Below are positions 39,444-49,746 of a stretch of 64,000 bases of DNA, in pieces (the stretch's first letter is position 1; every line of letters begins with the position of its first letter). A program made the position numbers and the translations under genes. Source of the DNA: Candidatus Sumerlaeaceae bacterium (lineage in GTDB: Bacteria; Sumerlaeota; Sumerlaeia; Sumerlaeales; Sumerlaeaceae); NCBI GenBank assembly GCA_049968255.1, contig JBMFRB010000006.1, forward strand, positions 1,034-65,033, given 5' to 3'. The notes below the pieces were generated by a model. It ran no database searches. It saw only the letters and a list, made by a program, of their open reading frames with translations, and was not told the DNA's origin.

Positions 39444-39680
39444 AGCTGGCCCACCTCGCTATTGAGTGGGTCTTGAGGAGAGTATTGTCTCCCAGGACCA
39501 AACGAAGGGATGTGTAAAATCGTTTTTATTTTCAACCACAAAATGGATCGCGCGAAAGCAGTCTGATAAAAGTAAGCTTATGGGCTCAGGCAAGGGCGCG
39601 TCTTTCTCTTTTCTCATAATAGAAGGGCAGGGCTCGGGGTACTGAAGTGTGATGAAAATGTAGGTTCACGGGACTAAAGA

Positions 39681-40427
39681 ATGAAAACATTGTCGGCATT
39701 TGCAGTGGTGGGGATCCTCGCAGTCACGGGGGTCAATGCTGCGCGGGAAGTGACAACAGAACCTGCTGAACGGCCACAGAGAAAAAGCATCGCCGTCGCT
39801 TCCGCACAGTCTGCGAGACGGGGGGAAGAGATCCTCAGGGCACTTGAGAACCGTTATGCGCAGGTCACAACGATTAAGTGCCCTTTTACGCAGACTACGG
39901 TCGACCAAACTTTTGGTGAAAAAATTGAATCGCGCGGCGCATTTTATCTCCGCAAGCCGAGCCGTCTGCGTGTGGAATACGAGCCGCCCGATGCCACAAC
40001 CATCCTTGTCGTGGATGGGTACACGTACCGATACATTCCGAAACTCAAGCAGGTGGAGCGGTACCGAATCGATCAATCGAACCCGATAGTTCAGACGAAC
40101 TATATGCTTCTGGGTTTCGGTGCGGCAACAGAGGATGTGTTACGCGCCTACAAGGTGTCCGTGCGCAGCACCGAGGGCGAGCAGGCGGGCGGGAAAACCT
40201 GGGTTGTCCTTACCCCGCGCCAACCTCACGATGCGGCATTCAAGAGCATTGAAATGCTCGTGGATGACGGGCGTGCGGCTCCGCTGGAATTTCGAGTCAC
40301 GCAGTTGGATGGAACTAAGGCTACCGTACGGCTCGACCTGGAGAGGCTAACCTTGGATCAACGCATGGACGAGCGAATGTTCCGACCGTCGTTTCCGCCG
40401 GATGCACAAATTGTGGACATGCGTTGA
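39681..40427 (+). CDS. lolA: Outer-membrane lipoprotein carrier LolA
   Basis: Signal peptide; FTQT...GAFYLRKPSRLRVEYEPP..ILVVDG pattern; C-terminal F..FPPDAQIVD. Confidence 0.85.
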   Translation: MKTLSAFAVVGILAVTGVNAAREVTTEPAERPQRKSIAVASAQSARRGEEILRALENRYAQVTTIKCPFTQTTVDQTFGEKIESRGAFYLRKPSRLRVEYEPPDATTILVVDGYTYRYIPKLKQVERYRIDQSNPIVQTNYMLLGFGAATEDVLRAYKVSVRSTEGEQAGGKTWVVLTPRQPHDAAFKSIEMLVDDGRAAPLEFRVTQLDGTKATVRLDLERLTLDQRMDERMFRPSFPPDAQIVDMR

Positions 40428-40500
40428 AAGTTAGACGTTGACCAAGTTGGCCCTACATCCGCAGATTGTACGAAAGCGCAAATTGAAGAAGGTTGAGACC

Positions 40501-41142
40501 ATGCGAAAAGCGTTGCAGGTGGGAGTGTGGGCGCTATGCGTTCTTGCTGTAACGAGCTGCGCAACGGTCACTCCCCCATCGCGAACATTGCCGAGCTACA
40601 TCAAGCGCATCTATATTCCGGAATTGCGTAACACGTCGCGGCTGCCGGGAGCGCAGGCAGAATTGACACCGCTGGTGGTGGATGAGTTTCTCGCCGACGG
40701 ACGCCTGGACGTTGTGCAAAACGAACGCGCTGATGTTCGTCTCGAAGGGCGCATCAAATCGTTTCGGGACTATTCAAGTGCGACTGCAGGCGATCGTTTT
40801 CCGCTGGTTAATACCATGGAAATGGAGTGCGTGATCGAGCTGTGGGATCCATATGACCGCGACCGCGTGATCCCGATTGCCCGCTACCATGTGCCGGCAG
40901 TGATCCAGTACTTTAGCGACACTCGGCGTAGCATCGAGGAGACGCAGACCGAGGCGCGAGAACGACTGATGCGTCAAATGGCAAAGAACATTGTGAACAC
41001 GGTTCTCACTGGTACACCGGAGTCACCAAAGCCTCTCGAGCAGAAGGCGGTCGAAAAATTTCGAGCGCGTGAAGGCACCAAGCGGCACGAGCCCGTTCTT
41101 ACGGTGCCGCGCTTTCCTCAACCGCTCCAGGATAACAAATAA
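40501..41142 (+). CDS. lptE: LptE-family LPS assembly lipoprotein
   Basis: Lipobox VTS-C; LPSYIKRIYIPELRNTS, ADVRLEGRI, EARERL..MAKNIV. Start ATG 40501. Confidence 0.75.
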   Translation: MRKALQVGVWALCVLAVTSCATVTPPSRTLPSYIKRIYIPELRNTSRLPGAQAELTPLVVDEFLADGRLDVVQNERADVRLEGRIKSFRDYSSATAGDRFPLVNTMEMECVIELWDPYDRDRVIPIARYHVPAVIQYFSDTRRSIEETQTEARERLMRQMAKNIVNTVLTGTPESPKPLEQKAVEKFRAREGTKRHEPVLTVPRFPQPLQDNK

Positions 41143-41231
41143 CTTGCTAAGTTCGAGAAGGCTGATCGAATAAAGCTTCAACCGCACTGTCGTGACTACG
41201 ATTGCCCAGCAACTCGTGGAAAACATTAGCT

Positions 41232-42104
41232 ATGCCACCAACGAACGACTCGCGGTGCGATCTGCATTGCCACAGCACAGAATCCGACGGCACGCTTACT
41301 CCGCGGGAATTAGTCAAGCTAGCTCGCGAACGCGGTTTGCGGTCGTTGGCCCTGACGGATCACGACACCATCGCTGGCATCGAGGCAGCAAGGGCGGCGG
41401 GCAAAGAGTTTGGTGTTCGTGTGCTCTCGGGCGTTGAGATCAGCGTCGAGTATGCCGCCAAGACCGTGCACATGCTTGGTTATTGCTTTGATTCGGGTGC
41501 GGAGCTCCTGCGGGCGGGCTTGGATAAACTCGTCGGTGGTCGCAATGAGCGAAATGCAAAAATCGTGGCACGCCTAAACGAGCTTGGTCTTCATATCACG
41601 CTTGAAGAAATCGAAGCAGAGGCTGGTGGCAAGGTGGTGGGGCGGCCTCACATCGCGCGAGTTCTTCTCAAGCACGGCTATGTGGCGACGTGGGAAGAGG
41701 CATTTGAAAAATATTTGGCACGCGGAGCGGCTGCGTATTTCGAGCGGTTGCGTTTCACGCCTGTGGACGCAGTGGCGCTTATCCGCGAGGCAGGCGGAGT
41801 CGCCGTGCTGGCGCATCCGAAATTTGTGGCATTGCACGAGGATGAGACACTTGAGGACGTAGTGCGCACGTTAGTGGAAGCTGGTCTCGACGGCATCGAG
41901 TGTTTTTACACGGATCACACGCCGGAAGAAACGGCCCAGTACTTAGAGCTTGCTCGGCGCTATGGTCTCATCGTTACGGGTGGCAGCGATTTTCACGGTA
42001 GTGTGAAACCGGAAATTGCACTTGGGACTGGCAAGGGCGACCTGGTTGTTCCTGATGCCTGCGCAGACGCCCTGCTTGAGCGAGCGAGCCAGCGTCGGGC
42101 CTAG
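41232..42104 (+). CDS. PHP-domain phosphoesterase (TrpH/YciV family)
   Basis: DLHCHSTESDG, LTDHDT, GVEIS, HMLGY, RPHIA, AHP, GGSDFHG. Confidence 0.92.
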   Translation: MPPTNDSRCDLHCHSTESDGTLTPRELVKLARERGLRSLALTDHDTIAGIEAARAAGKEFGVRVLSGVEISVEYAAKTVHMLGYCFDSGAELLRAGLDKLVGGRNERNAKIVARLNELGLHITLEEIEAEAGGKVVGRPHIARVLLKHGYVATWEEAFEKYLARGAAAYFERLRFTPVDAVALIREAGGVAVLAHPKFVALHEDETLEDVVRTLVEAGLDGIECFYTDHTPEETAQYLELARRYGLIVTGGSDFHGSVKPEIALGTGKGDLVVPDACADALLERASQRRA

Positions 42105-42112
42105 CACTGCTT

Positions 42113-42817
42113 TTAGAGCAGGTGTGGATAGCGCTTTTCGATTTCGTGGAGTGCTTTTTCGAAATCGTCTACACGGGCAAGATCGTACCAAAATCCCTGC
42201 AGAGGAACAGCCCGCACGCTATGGCCGGCTTCGATAGCGGCATTGATGAGGTCCGTCATGTCGAATGGCTGTCCTCGGGGAATAAGCTCACGCACTCGTG
42301 GCGACAACGCGTACACGCCAGCATTGAAGCGATAGGAGTGCATTGGTTTTTCCACTATTTTGACGATTTGATCATTTATTATTTCGACAACACCATAGGG
42401 AATGGGAACCGTTGCTTCGCGGATAGCCACGCTCATGGCAGCGCCTGCTTTTTTGTGATCTTCGAGAAACTGCGCATAGTCGAGTTCGGCGATAATGTCG
42501 CCATTGGTCACCAGGAAGGCCTCTGCGGCGAGGTCATCGAGAAATGCGAGTGCGCCAGCCGTACCGAGTTTCGTTGGATCGACAAAATAACGGATGCGTA
42601 CCCCGAACTGAGCTCCATCTTGAAAAAAAGCACGGATAAGGTCGCTCTGATAGCCAAGGGCCATGATAATGTCGTGAATGCCGCATTGAGCAAGGCGTTC
42701 GAGGATGAGCTGGGCGACGGGCTTGCGGCCGATGGGAAGAAGCGGCTTGGGAATGGTACGCGTGAAGGGGCGCAGACGCAGCCCTTCGCCGCCAGCCATG
42801 ATTACTGCGACTGGCAT
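42113..42817 (-). CDS. Sugar-1-phosphate nucleotidyltransferase
   Basis: VIMAGGEGLRLRPFT..PKPLLPIG, KLGTAG, VTNGDI, EKP, NAGVY, WYDL. Confidence 0.9.
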   Translation of the reverse strand: MPVAVIMAGGEGLRLRPFTRTIPKPLLPIGRKPVAQLILERLAQCGIHDIIMALGYQSDLIRAFFQDGAQFGVRIRYFVDPTKLGTAGALAFLDDLAAEAFLVTNGDIIAELDYAQFLEDHKKAGAAMSVAIREATVPIPYGVVEIINDQIVKIVEKPMHSYRFNAGVYALSPRVRELIPRGQPFDMTDLINAAIEAGHSVRAVPLQGFWYDLARVDDFEKALHEIEKRYPHLL

Positions 42818-42873
42818 TGGCTTTTCCTCACTTTACGATGTGGGCAGGGCGAGAGCATGGAGCCATTCCTCGC

Positions 42874-43869
42874 TCAGATATTGTAAATATCGGTGCGGTA
42901 AGCCGCGAGATTGTCCCCGATCCAGTCAACCGTTCGGCGCAATCCCTCTTCGAGCCCTACGGTAGGGCGCCAGCCAAGATCTTGCTGAGCGCGCGCACTG
43001 TTGCAGATGAGGCGCGCCACTTCGCTGGCTGGGGGTCGTATGCGCGTGGGGTCGAAAATAATGGGGATCTCCTCGCCGATGATTTGCACGATTTTGTCTG
43101 CCAGCTCGCCGACGGATATTTCCTGTCCAGTCCCGATGTTGTAGGTACGTCCTTCGATGGAGGGCGTCGACGCAATGCGAATGAATCCCTCAACCGTATC
43201 AGCGACGTAGGTGAGATCGCGAGTGGGATGCATGGCACCGAGGAAAATCTGGCGGCGCGTGAGAGCCTGCGTGATAATAGTAGGGACGATGGCGCGGGCT
43301 GATTGACGTGGGCCAAAAGTGTTGAATGGGCGCAGTGTGACGACCGGCAGGTCATAGGAAAGGTGGAAACTCTGCACGAGCATGTCGCATGCGATTTTGC
43401 TGGCTGCGTAGGGTGATTGTGCTTGTAGGGGATGCTCTTCGTCAATGGGGATGGTGCGGGCGGTGCCGTAAACCTCGCTAGAGCTTGTGTGGACAACGCG
43501 CGCGACTTTGTGGCGGCGCGCGGCCTGAAGCACGTTGAGTGTAGTCTGGACGTTGTTCTCCACGACATGCTCGGGACGCAAATAAGAATAAGGAATGGCA
43601 ATGATGGCCGCGAGGTGGAAGACAATCTCCTGCCCCTCGAAAGCTTCGTCCAGTCCATCCGATTCGCGCAAATCACCGAGCACAACGCGGATGCGCTGCT
43701 GCTCATGAAGCCCGAGACGATCAAGCAATCCGCGCGCCCCCAAGGCGTTGTAGTGAACAAACGCCGTGACATCGGCGCCTAACTCCACGAGTCGCTCAAC
43801 AAGATGGCTACCGATGAAACCGGCCGCGCCTGTGACCAAAACTTTTCTACCTTTCCAGAATTCACTCAT
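42874..43869 (-). CDS. NDP-sugar 4,6-dehydratase (LegB/GDP-sugar dehydratase-like SDR)
   Basis: VTGAAGFIGSHL, HLAAIIAIPYSY, TSSSEVYG, SPYAASK, RPFNTFGPRQS, RDLTYV. ATGA overlap at 43869. Confidence 0.9.
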   Translation of the reverse strand: MSEFWKGRKVLVTGAAGFIGSHLVERLVELGADVTAFVHYNALGARGLLDRLGLHEQQRIRVVLGDLRESDGLDEAFEGQEIVFHLAAIIAIPYSYLRPEHVVENNVQTTLNVLQAARRHKVARVVHTSSSEVYGTARTIPIDEEHPLQAQSPYAASKIACDMLVQSFHLSYDLPVVTLRPFNTFGPRQSARAIVPTIITQALTRRQIFLGAMHPTRDLTYVADTVEGFIRIASTPSIEGRTYNIGTGQEISVGELADKIVQIIGEEIPIIFDPTRIRPPASEVARLICNSARAQQDLGWRPTVGLEEGLRRTVDWIGDNLAAYRTDIYNI

Positions 43870-45707
43870 GGTTTTGTCGCTCCAGATGCCTTGGGTCGGA
43901 TTTCCCACAGGTAACATGCTTTTATGCCAAGAATGTCACGAGGAAGGAAGAACTTTTTGCCACGCATTTTAAACTCGTAGTAGCCAGAAAGGTGGTCTAT
44001 GACATAGGGGTCGTTGAGGGTGGTGAAAATTGGAAAGCGGTTAATGTTGGGCTCGATGATGCCTTCTCGCAGCGCTTGTGCGTACTCGGCAGGGGATCGA
44101 GGGACTTGGGGCCAGAATTTGATCCCGTATTTGCGGAGCTGCTCGGCAGAAAAGAAGCTTTTGTACCAGCTGCTTGAGATGAAGTTGCCGCCGAAGACAA
44201 AGACGTCTGTCCGTTCCTTGCGGACGATCTGTCGATACCATGAGCAAAAACTGTCGGAGTCGGCAGTGGTAATCAGAATGGAGTTCTCTGGCATTTCGGA
44301 AACTTTTTGAGGTAACAGAAAATAGCTATAGAGCTCGGGCTCGTCGTTGCGACTTTGATCGCACACTTCGAGATTCATAAGAAAAAAAGCAGCCGGTATG
44401 GCACAAAGTACGTAGGCATGTTCTGCGCGTGGGCCCAGATGTTTCGAGAGGAGTGGAAAAAGGAAGCGAACTACGGCATGGACAATTCCCACGAAGGCTG
44501 AGAGATAGAGGAACCAAAAGGGAAACAGCGTGTAGTCGCTGATGTCTGCGATGTTATAAAGCAGCACGACGAGGAAATTGAGCCCTGCTATCGTTGCTGC
44601 CGCAATCGCAGAAAATCGCTGAGCGCGCCACCACTCGACGCAGCCGTAGATTGCTAGAATAAAGACAGCCAGCCCGGTAGCGAAGGCGGCCTCTGTTGGG
44701 CGAAAATACTCGCGATTTTCAAGGATGAGATACTCATCAAGCCGCACTGGGAACGCCTGGGCGGCAAGGTCGCCTACGAGTTGCCAGAGAATAAGGGACT
44801 CGTGGCGCAGCCATGGCCAGATCATGATGGGTAGACCAGGGGCCAAACGCATGAATCGCTGTCCGATGTACACGGAACCACTGACGTGCTTCCAGAAATT
44901 CTCCCACGTTACGCAGTAGCCCCAGTTGATCGGCGGATGCGCCGCTGCACGAAGTGGAATATAGAGATAACTGAGTAGGGTGGCTGCGATTATACCGGCA
45001 GCCAACAAAAATGTTCGGGCGGCAAGGCTGGTTCGCCACTTGTGCCACCCCCAAGCAGCCATTATTGCCAAAGGTGCAACGAAAGCAAAACTTAGCCGAT
45101 GGTGGGCCAAGCCTAAGCCAAACCAAAGCGTTGCCCACAGAAATGTCCGTGGCCGTTGTTCTCGCGCGAAACTCTGGGCGGCTAGGAGAAAGCTAACGGC
45201 AAACACCATGTGGAGGGCATAGACTTCGGCGACGGTTGCATTTTCCCAAATCATCTTGAGAAATGCTGTGGTCAGCGCACCGGTGACACCACCAAGGAGA
45301 AGGGCCTTGTGTGGCCATCGTGGAAAAGCGTCGGCAAAGAGTCGATAGACAAAGATGGCCGTAAGTCCTGCGCTGATTGCTGCTGCCACCGCGCTAAACA
45401 AATTGCCCATGAGCATGGGCTCACCCAGCGGGATGAGCAGCCACAGGTGCAGGAGCATCATATAAAGCGGATAGCCGGTTGGGTGGGGAATGCCGAGAAC
45501 ATAGGAAGCGGTGACGAGCTCGGGCCCATCCCCAAAGGTGAGACCGGGAGCCAACGTGCGCAAATACGCAAGGAAGGCGATGGCTGTGACGGTGAGAAAA
45601 ATGCCGCGGGTGCGCCCCGGCGCGACACAAGACTGAGCCTTGGTGGGCTCCGCAGGGGTAGTGGTGTTGTTTGGAGACATGGGGTTTTTGTTTGTCGCGA
45701 GTTTCAT
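43866..45707 (-). CDS. DUF2723 (TMEM260-like) GT-C glycosyltransferase
   Basis: GDGPELVTASYVLGIPHPTGYPLY, AEVYALH, GLAHH, PPINWG; multi-TM followed by a periplasmic tail. Confidence 0.85.
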   Translation of the reverse strand: MKLATNKNPMSPNNTTTPAEPTKAQSCVAPGRTRGIFLTVTAIAFLAYLRTLAPGLTFGDGPELVTASYVLGIPHPTGYPLYMMLLHLWLLIPLGEPMLMGNLFSAVAAAISAGLTAIFVYRLFADAFPRWPHKALLLGGVTGALTTAFLKMIWENATVAEVYALHMVFAVSFLLAAQSFAREQRPRTFLWATLWFGLGLAHHRLSFAFVAPLAIMAAWGWHKWRTSLAARTFLLAAGIIAATLLSYLYIPLRAAAHPPINWGYCVTWENFWKHVSGSVYIGQRFMRLAPGLPIMIWPWLRHESLILWQLVGDLAAQAFPVRLDEYLILENREYFRPTEAAFATGLAVFILAIYGCVEWWRAQRFSAIAAATIAGLNFLVVLLYNIADISDYTLFPFWFLYLSAFVGIVHAVVRFLFPLLSKHLGPRAEHAYVLCAIPAAFFLMNLEVCDQSRNDEPELYSYFLLPQKVSEMPENSILITTADSDSFCSWYRQIVRKERTDVFVFGGNFISSSWYKSFFSAEQLRKYGIKFWPQVPRSPAEYAQALREGIIEPNINRFPIFTTLNDPYVIDHLSGYYEFKMRGKKFFLPRDILGIKACYLWEIRPKASGATKP

Positions 45708-47419
45708 TGTTGGCTTGTCTGTGTGGAGGTGGTTTCGACGAGATTTTGGACGCGGCCCGATCTGGCGCGAGGGCTTTGTGTCGGATCTGCAGGTATGGGT
45801 AGCCTGCGCCGTTTCAAATCATCGAACTCTTCTTGCGTTCTCAGGCCGTCAACAACGTAGAGGTGCGTTGAGAACAGTTGCGGCGAATAGCGCAATACCC
45901 AACCGAGAGGGTTCTGATTGAACATGGGATTGACCATGATGTCGTCCATCAATGGGTAGACCGTTGTGTCGAACGAGGCCGCATAGCGCATGTGATAAAA
46001 GTAAGTAAGGATCGCCGCGAGATAGTCGGCCATTTCGTCGCCACCGTAGGCGTTGCCGATAATAACGTAACTGCCTGGCGGGATAATTTTCGGAAGTGGT
46101 TGTTCCGGACGCTGGGGCAGAAACTCGAAGACGGAGTGAACGGGGCGTTTGCTCCAGTAGGAGAGTTTCACACACCCCAGACTGAGGAAGTTGCCATAGC
46201 GCTCATTCGACAAAACCATGGCCTCTTTCGGTATGCGCTGTCGAACAAAGTCTGCAGCAGCACGTTGGTCGCCAAATGATTGGCGCTGAAAGATGAGCAC
46301 TGCTGAGCTGAAGACGACCAAGTAAGCGAGAGCCAGTGATAAAACCGCGGTGAAGAGCCAGGGGCGCCCTTGAGCTGCCCATTTGTCCTCGAGGTAACTG
46401 GCGCCCGCGCCGGCCACCGCGATTGCAGCTGGAAAGATGGGCATAAGATAGCGATACTGGAAGGAGCCGAAGATGCTCTGGAGGATGAGGAGCATCCCGC
46501 CCCACAATGACCAAAGCAAGAGAAAGTGTCGACGCGAGCCCACGCGCCAATCTACGCGCATGATGCCGACAACTCCGAAGAGAAAGATCGGCCAACCGAG
46601 ATAATAGGGGAAAATGAGGAGGAAGCTCTCAGCGAGATTTAGCCAGGCGAGAAGTGTTGCCACCCATTGGCCACTCGATCGCTGGGCAAATTGAGTTTGG
46701 TGAACAAATCCGTGCAGAAAGATCCACGCGGGCAGGGCAAGCCAGACGAGACTGGAGACAAGGGTGCGCCAGGGAATTCGGCGCCGGCGCGTTAAGAAGA
46801 TTAGCGACTCGACGGCAACGAGAATGGCGAGAAAAGCGCCCTGATAGCGCGTGAGCGCACTGAGGGCAGCCAAAAGCGAAGCGAGGGCCAGATAACGATC
46901 GGCTTTCTCCGGCGCGCGCTTTTCCTCATACACTTTTAACAGAGCGAGAAGGGAAAGAGCACTGAGGGTGAGAAAAAGGGTATCGGTCATCACATGCAGC
47001 GACCAACGCAAGATCAGAGGACACAGGGTAAACAGCAGGGCGGAGAAGCGAGCTGCGCAAGGACGAGCGAGTCTGACCGTGAACAGATAAATCGGGATAA
47101 GCGCAAGTGTGCCCGCGACAGCGCTCACAATGCGGCCAGCAAATTCACGTGAGCCGAAGTACGGCTCGAGCCAAAAGGCCAGCGCTCCGTAAAGCGGTGG
47201 ATAAAGCCCTGCCTTATTTTCAAAGACGGTAAGCTGGAGAATGCCGTCGGTATACTCGCCCTGGTTTATGTTGATAAGCCATAGCCGCAGCGCAAGATTC
47301 GCGACGAGAAAACCGGCAAGATAAAGCCAGTCAGCAAGACGCAGCTGTGGAGAGCACATCGTGGTTGAGCAGGAACCGTTAGTGGACACAGATGGCAATG
47401 CAGCGGACTGGTGGGCCAT
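45704..47419 (-). CDS. GT-C glycosyltransferase (PMT/ArnT, GT39/GT83-like)
   Basis: Multi-TM; N-terminal loop GEYTDG..YPPLY, MTDTLFL, LTRYQG, QYRYLMP; C-terminal soluble domain. Confidence 0.75.
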   Translation of the reverse strand: MAHQSAALPSVSTNGSCSTTMCSPQLRLADWLYLAGFLVANLALRLWLININQGEYTDGILQLTVFENKAGLYPPLYGALAFWLEPYFGSREFAGRIVSAVAGTLALIPIYLFTVRLARPCAARFSALLFTLCPLILRWSLHVMTDTLFLTLSALSLLALLKVYEEKRAPEKADRYLALASLLAALSALTRYQGAFLAILVAVESLIFLTRRRRIPWRTLVSSLVWLALPAWIFLHGFVHQTQFAQRSSGQWVATLLAWLNLAESFLLIFPYYLGWPIFLFGVVGIMRVDWRVGSRRHFLLLWSLWGGMLLILQSIFGSFQYRYLMPIFPAAIAVAGAGASYLEDKWAAQGRPWLFTAVLSLALAYLVVFSSAVLIFQRQSFGDQRAAADFVRQRIPKEAMVLSNERYGNFLSLGCVKLSYWSKRPVHSVFEFLPQRPEQPLPKIIPPGSYVIIGNAYGGDEMADYLAAILTYFYHMRYAASFDTTVYPLMDDIMVNPMFNQNPLGWVLRYSPQLFSTHLYVVDGLRTQEEFDDLKRRRLPIPADPTQSPRARSGRVQNLVETTSTQTSQQ

Positions 47420-47424
47420 CGGGC

Positions 47425-48294
47425 TCAGCGCTCATCCAGTTTTTTTCGATAGTCACACGCAGAGAGGAATTCGGTTTTCAATTGCTCTGGATCGCTAGCA
47501 TGAACTGCGAGAAGCTGTTGGAAGGCTTTCTCGAACGTCGAACACGCACGCTCGATTTCGTCCCGGTTCTCGGAACAAATGTCCTGCCACATCTGCGCAC
47601 TGCCGCACGCAATCCGTGTGGTATCACGGAAGCCGTTGCCGATAATACCTCTGACAAGGTTTTGATCCTCATTGAAAGACTCAACAGCGCGGACAAGTGC
47701 CACGGCCACCATGTGAGGAAGATGCGACACTAGCGCTACTAACATATCATGACGCTCGGGACGCGCAATCGCGAGACGACATCCGAGTGCTTGCCACCAA
47801 GCCGCAATTTTTGCGACGGCCTCCCGCGGCATGCGTGGCGTCGGCGTGATGAAACAATTTGCGTTTTCAAAAAGGTCTGCCTTTGCGTTGCTCATGCCGC
47901 TCAGCTCGGACCCAGCCATCGGATGCGAGCCCACGAATATCCCAGGCGATGGCGCACACTTTTCTGCAGCTTCAATGATTGAGGCTTTTGTCGAGCCTAC
48001 GTCGGTGATCAAGGCCCCGCTTTTCACATGCGCCATGACCACTGGCAAAGATTCGATAATGTGACGGACAGGCGTGCAGAGGATCACAAGGTCGGCGTCG
48101 GCTACGCCTTCGGCAGGGTCGGTGGAAAACGAATCAATCGCTCCTGCCTCCTGAGCCCGCATGAGGGTTTCTGCGCTGCGGCCGATCCCGATAATCTGAT
48201 CAACGAGTTGCCGTTGGCGAGCAGCCAATGCGATGGAGCCGCCTAGTAGTCCGACTCCGTAAATCGCCAGCTTTTGGAAGTGCGGCTGTTTCAT
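47425..48294 (-). CDS. tyrA: Prephenate/arogenate dehydrogenase
   Basis: IYGVGLLGGS, TDVGSTK, GSHPMAG, HD..VA.VSHLPH, GFRDTTRIA, MWQDI. Confidence 0.93.
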   Translation of the reverse strand: MKQPHFQKLAIYGVGLLGGSIALAARQRQLVDQIIGIGRSAETLMRAQEAGAIDSFSTDPAEGVADADLVILCTPVRHIIESLPVVMAHVKSGALITDVGSTKASIIEAAEKCAPSPGIFVGSHPMAGSELSGMSNAKADLFENANCFITPTPRMPREAVAKIAAWWQALGCRLAIARPERHDMLVALVSHLPHMVAVALVRAVESFNEDQNLVRGIIGNGFRDTTRIACGSAQMWQDICSENRDEIERACSTFEKAFQQLLAVHASDPEQLKTEFLSACDYRKKLDER

Positions 48295-48300
48295 CGTCCG

Positions 48301-49332
48301 TTAGCTTTTTGCTCCTTCGGCCACCCATCGCCCAATTGCCTGGGCAATGGGCCGAATGGCCTCCATGAGCTTTGTAAATTTTGTGAATTTCAAGGACTGG
48401 GCGCCATCGCTGAACGCACGCTCGGGATTCGGATGCACCTCCACCATGAGGCCATCAGCGCCGCAGGCCACAGCCGCGCATGCGAGTTGCGTGACGTAGC
48501 GCCAGTCACCCGCAGCATGACTGGGATCTACGAAAACCGGCAGGTGTGTTTTTTCGTGGAGGACAGGGACGGCGGCGATATCGAGCGTGTTGCGTGTGGC
48601 GGTTTCGAATGTGCGGATACCTCGCTCGACGAGTACGACATGAGGGTTCCCCTGGGAGATCACGTATTCGGCTGACATGAGAAGCTCTTTGATTGTCATG
48701 CTCATGCCACGCTTGAGAAAGACTGGTTTATCGTATTTACCCACTTCGCGCAAGAGGTTAAAGTTTTGCGCATTGCGTGCGCCAATTTGAAAAGCGTCAG
48801 CGAAGCGGTAAACCAGTTCCACTTCGCGGGTGTCCATGACTTCGGTCACGATGGGGAGACCTGTTTCCTGGCGCGCCTCATTGAGCATCCGTAGTCCCTC
48901 TTCACCGAGACCGCAGAAATCGTAGGGCGATGTACGTGGCTTGAAAGCCCCACCGCGAAGGATTTTCGCGCCCGCGTCGCGGACAGCCCGCGCGGTTTGG
49001 AAGAGCGTATCGTTGGGTTCGACGCTGCAGGGACCGGCAACGACAATGACCTCATCGCCACCGATCTCCACTTCTCCCATCTTGAATCGTGTTTTTTCGG
49101 GGCGGAAACTTTTGCTTGCGAGCTTGTAGGGCTCGAGAATGGGCATCGCCGATTCAACGCCGGGTATCGCAAGGAAAGGAATGTCCTGCAGCTTTGTCTC
49201 ATCGCCGATGCAACCGATGATGGTGCGCTCGGTGCCCCGAGAAATGTGGGCGCGAAGCCCTTTTTCGGCAATGATGTCGACAAGATGCTGGATCTGTTCC
49301 TCGGTTGCGTCAGGGCGTAGTACAATGATCAT
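48301..49332 (-). CDS. aroF: DAHP synthase type I-beta with N-terminal ACT-like regulatory domain
   Basis: [43 protein letters not shown]; N-terminus like that of the Thermotoga-type enzyme. Confidence 0.95.
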   Translation of the reverse strand: MIIVLRPDATEEQIQHLVDIIAEKGLRAHISRGTERTIIGCIGDETKLQDIPFLAIPGVESAMPILEPYKLASKSFRPEKTRFKMGEVEIGGDEVIVVAGPCSVEPNDTLFQTARAVRDAGAKILRGGAFKPRTSPYDFCGLGEEGLRMLNEARQETGLPIVTEVMDTREVELVYRFADAFQIGARNAQNFNLLREVGKYDKPVFLKRGMSMTIKELLMSAEYVISQGNPHVVLVERGIRTFETATRNTLDIAAVPVLHEKTHLPVFVDPSHAAGDWRYVTQLACAAVACGADGLMVEVHPNPERAFSDGAQSLKFTKFTKLMEAIRPIAQAIGRWVAEGAKS

Positions 49333-49413
49333 TTTGCTTACTCGTCTTTCTCGTTGTGTGTTTAGGTCGTGAAGTGTGAAGCTTTCCTGCCCACTGGCAT
49401 GAGTTCTCCCTCA

Positions 49414-49746
49414 TCACCCAAACGGGATCACGTGATCGTCGTCTGGGTCACGAAGCAGGTCATTGTAGCCATGTACAGCCGGAGCGGAAGCGTCTTGCAG
49501 GCGAGCAATGGCTTCTGCAATTTCGTTCACAGCAATCTCGCGTGCCGCCTCGTTGCCGAGCTGGCGCCGATAATCCTTGGCTTTCTCCCTAAATTGGTGA
49601 GCAGCAAGGAAGGCGATCTGACTGGCGGCGATCAAAGTTTCAGCCGGCCCGAGTGACAGTGCCTTGAAGGCTTCGACGGCGCGCTGAACGCTGGTCAGAT
49701 CAAGGTGCTCGTGATGCTCGTCACGTTGTTCGTTGGGTTCCGTCAT
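49414..49746 (-). CDS. Hypothetical protein (110 aa, helical, acidic/His-rich ends)
   Basis: ATGA overlap with the upstream gene; plausible composition; no family recognised. Confidence 0.7.
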   Translation of the reverse strand: MTEPNEQRDEHHEHLDLTSVQRAVEAFKALSLGPAETLIAASQIAFLAAHQFREKAKDYRRQLGNEAAREIAVNEIAEAIARLQDASAPAVHGYNDLLRDPDDDHVIPFG

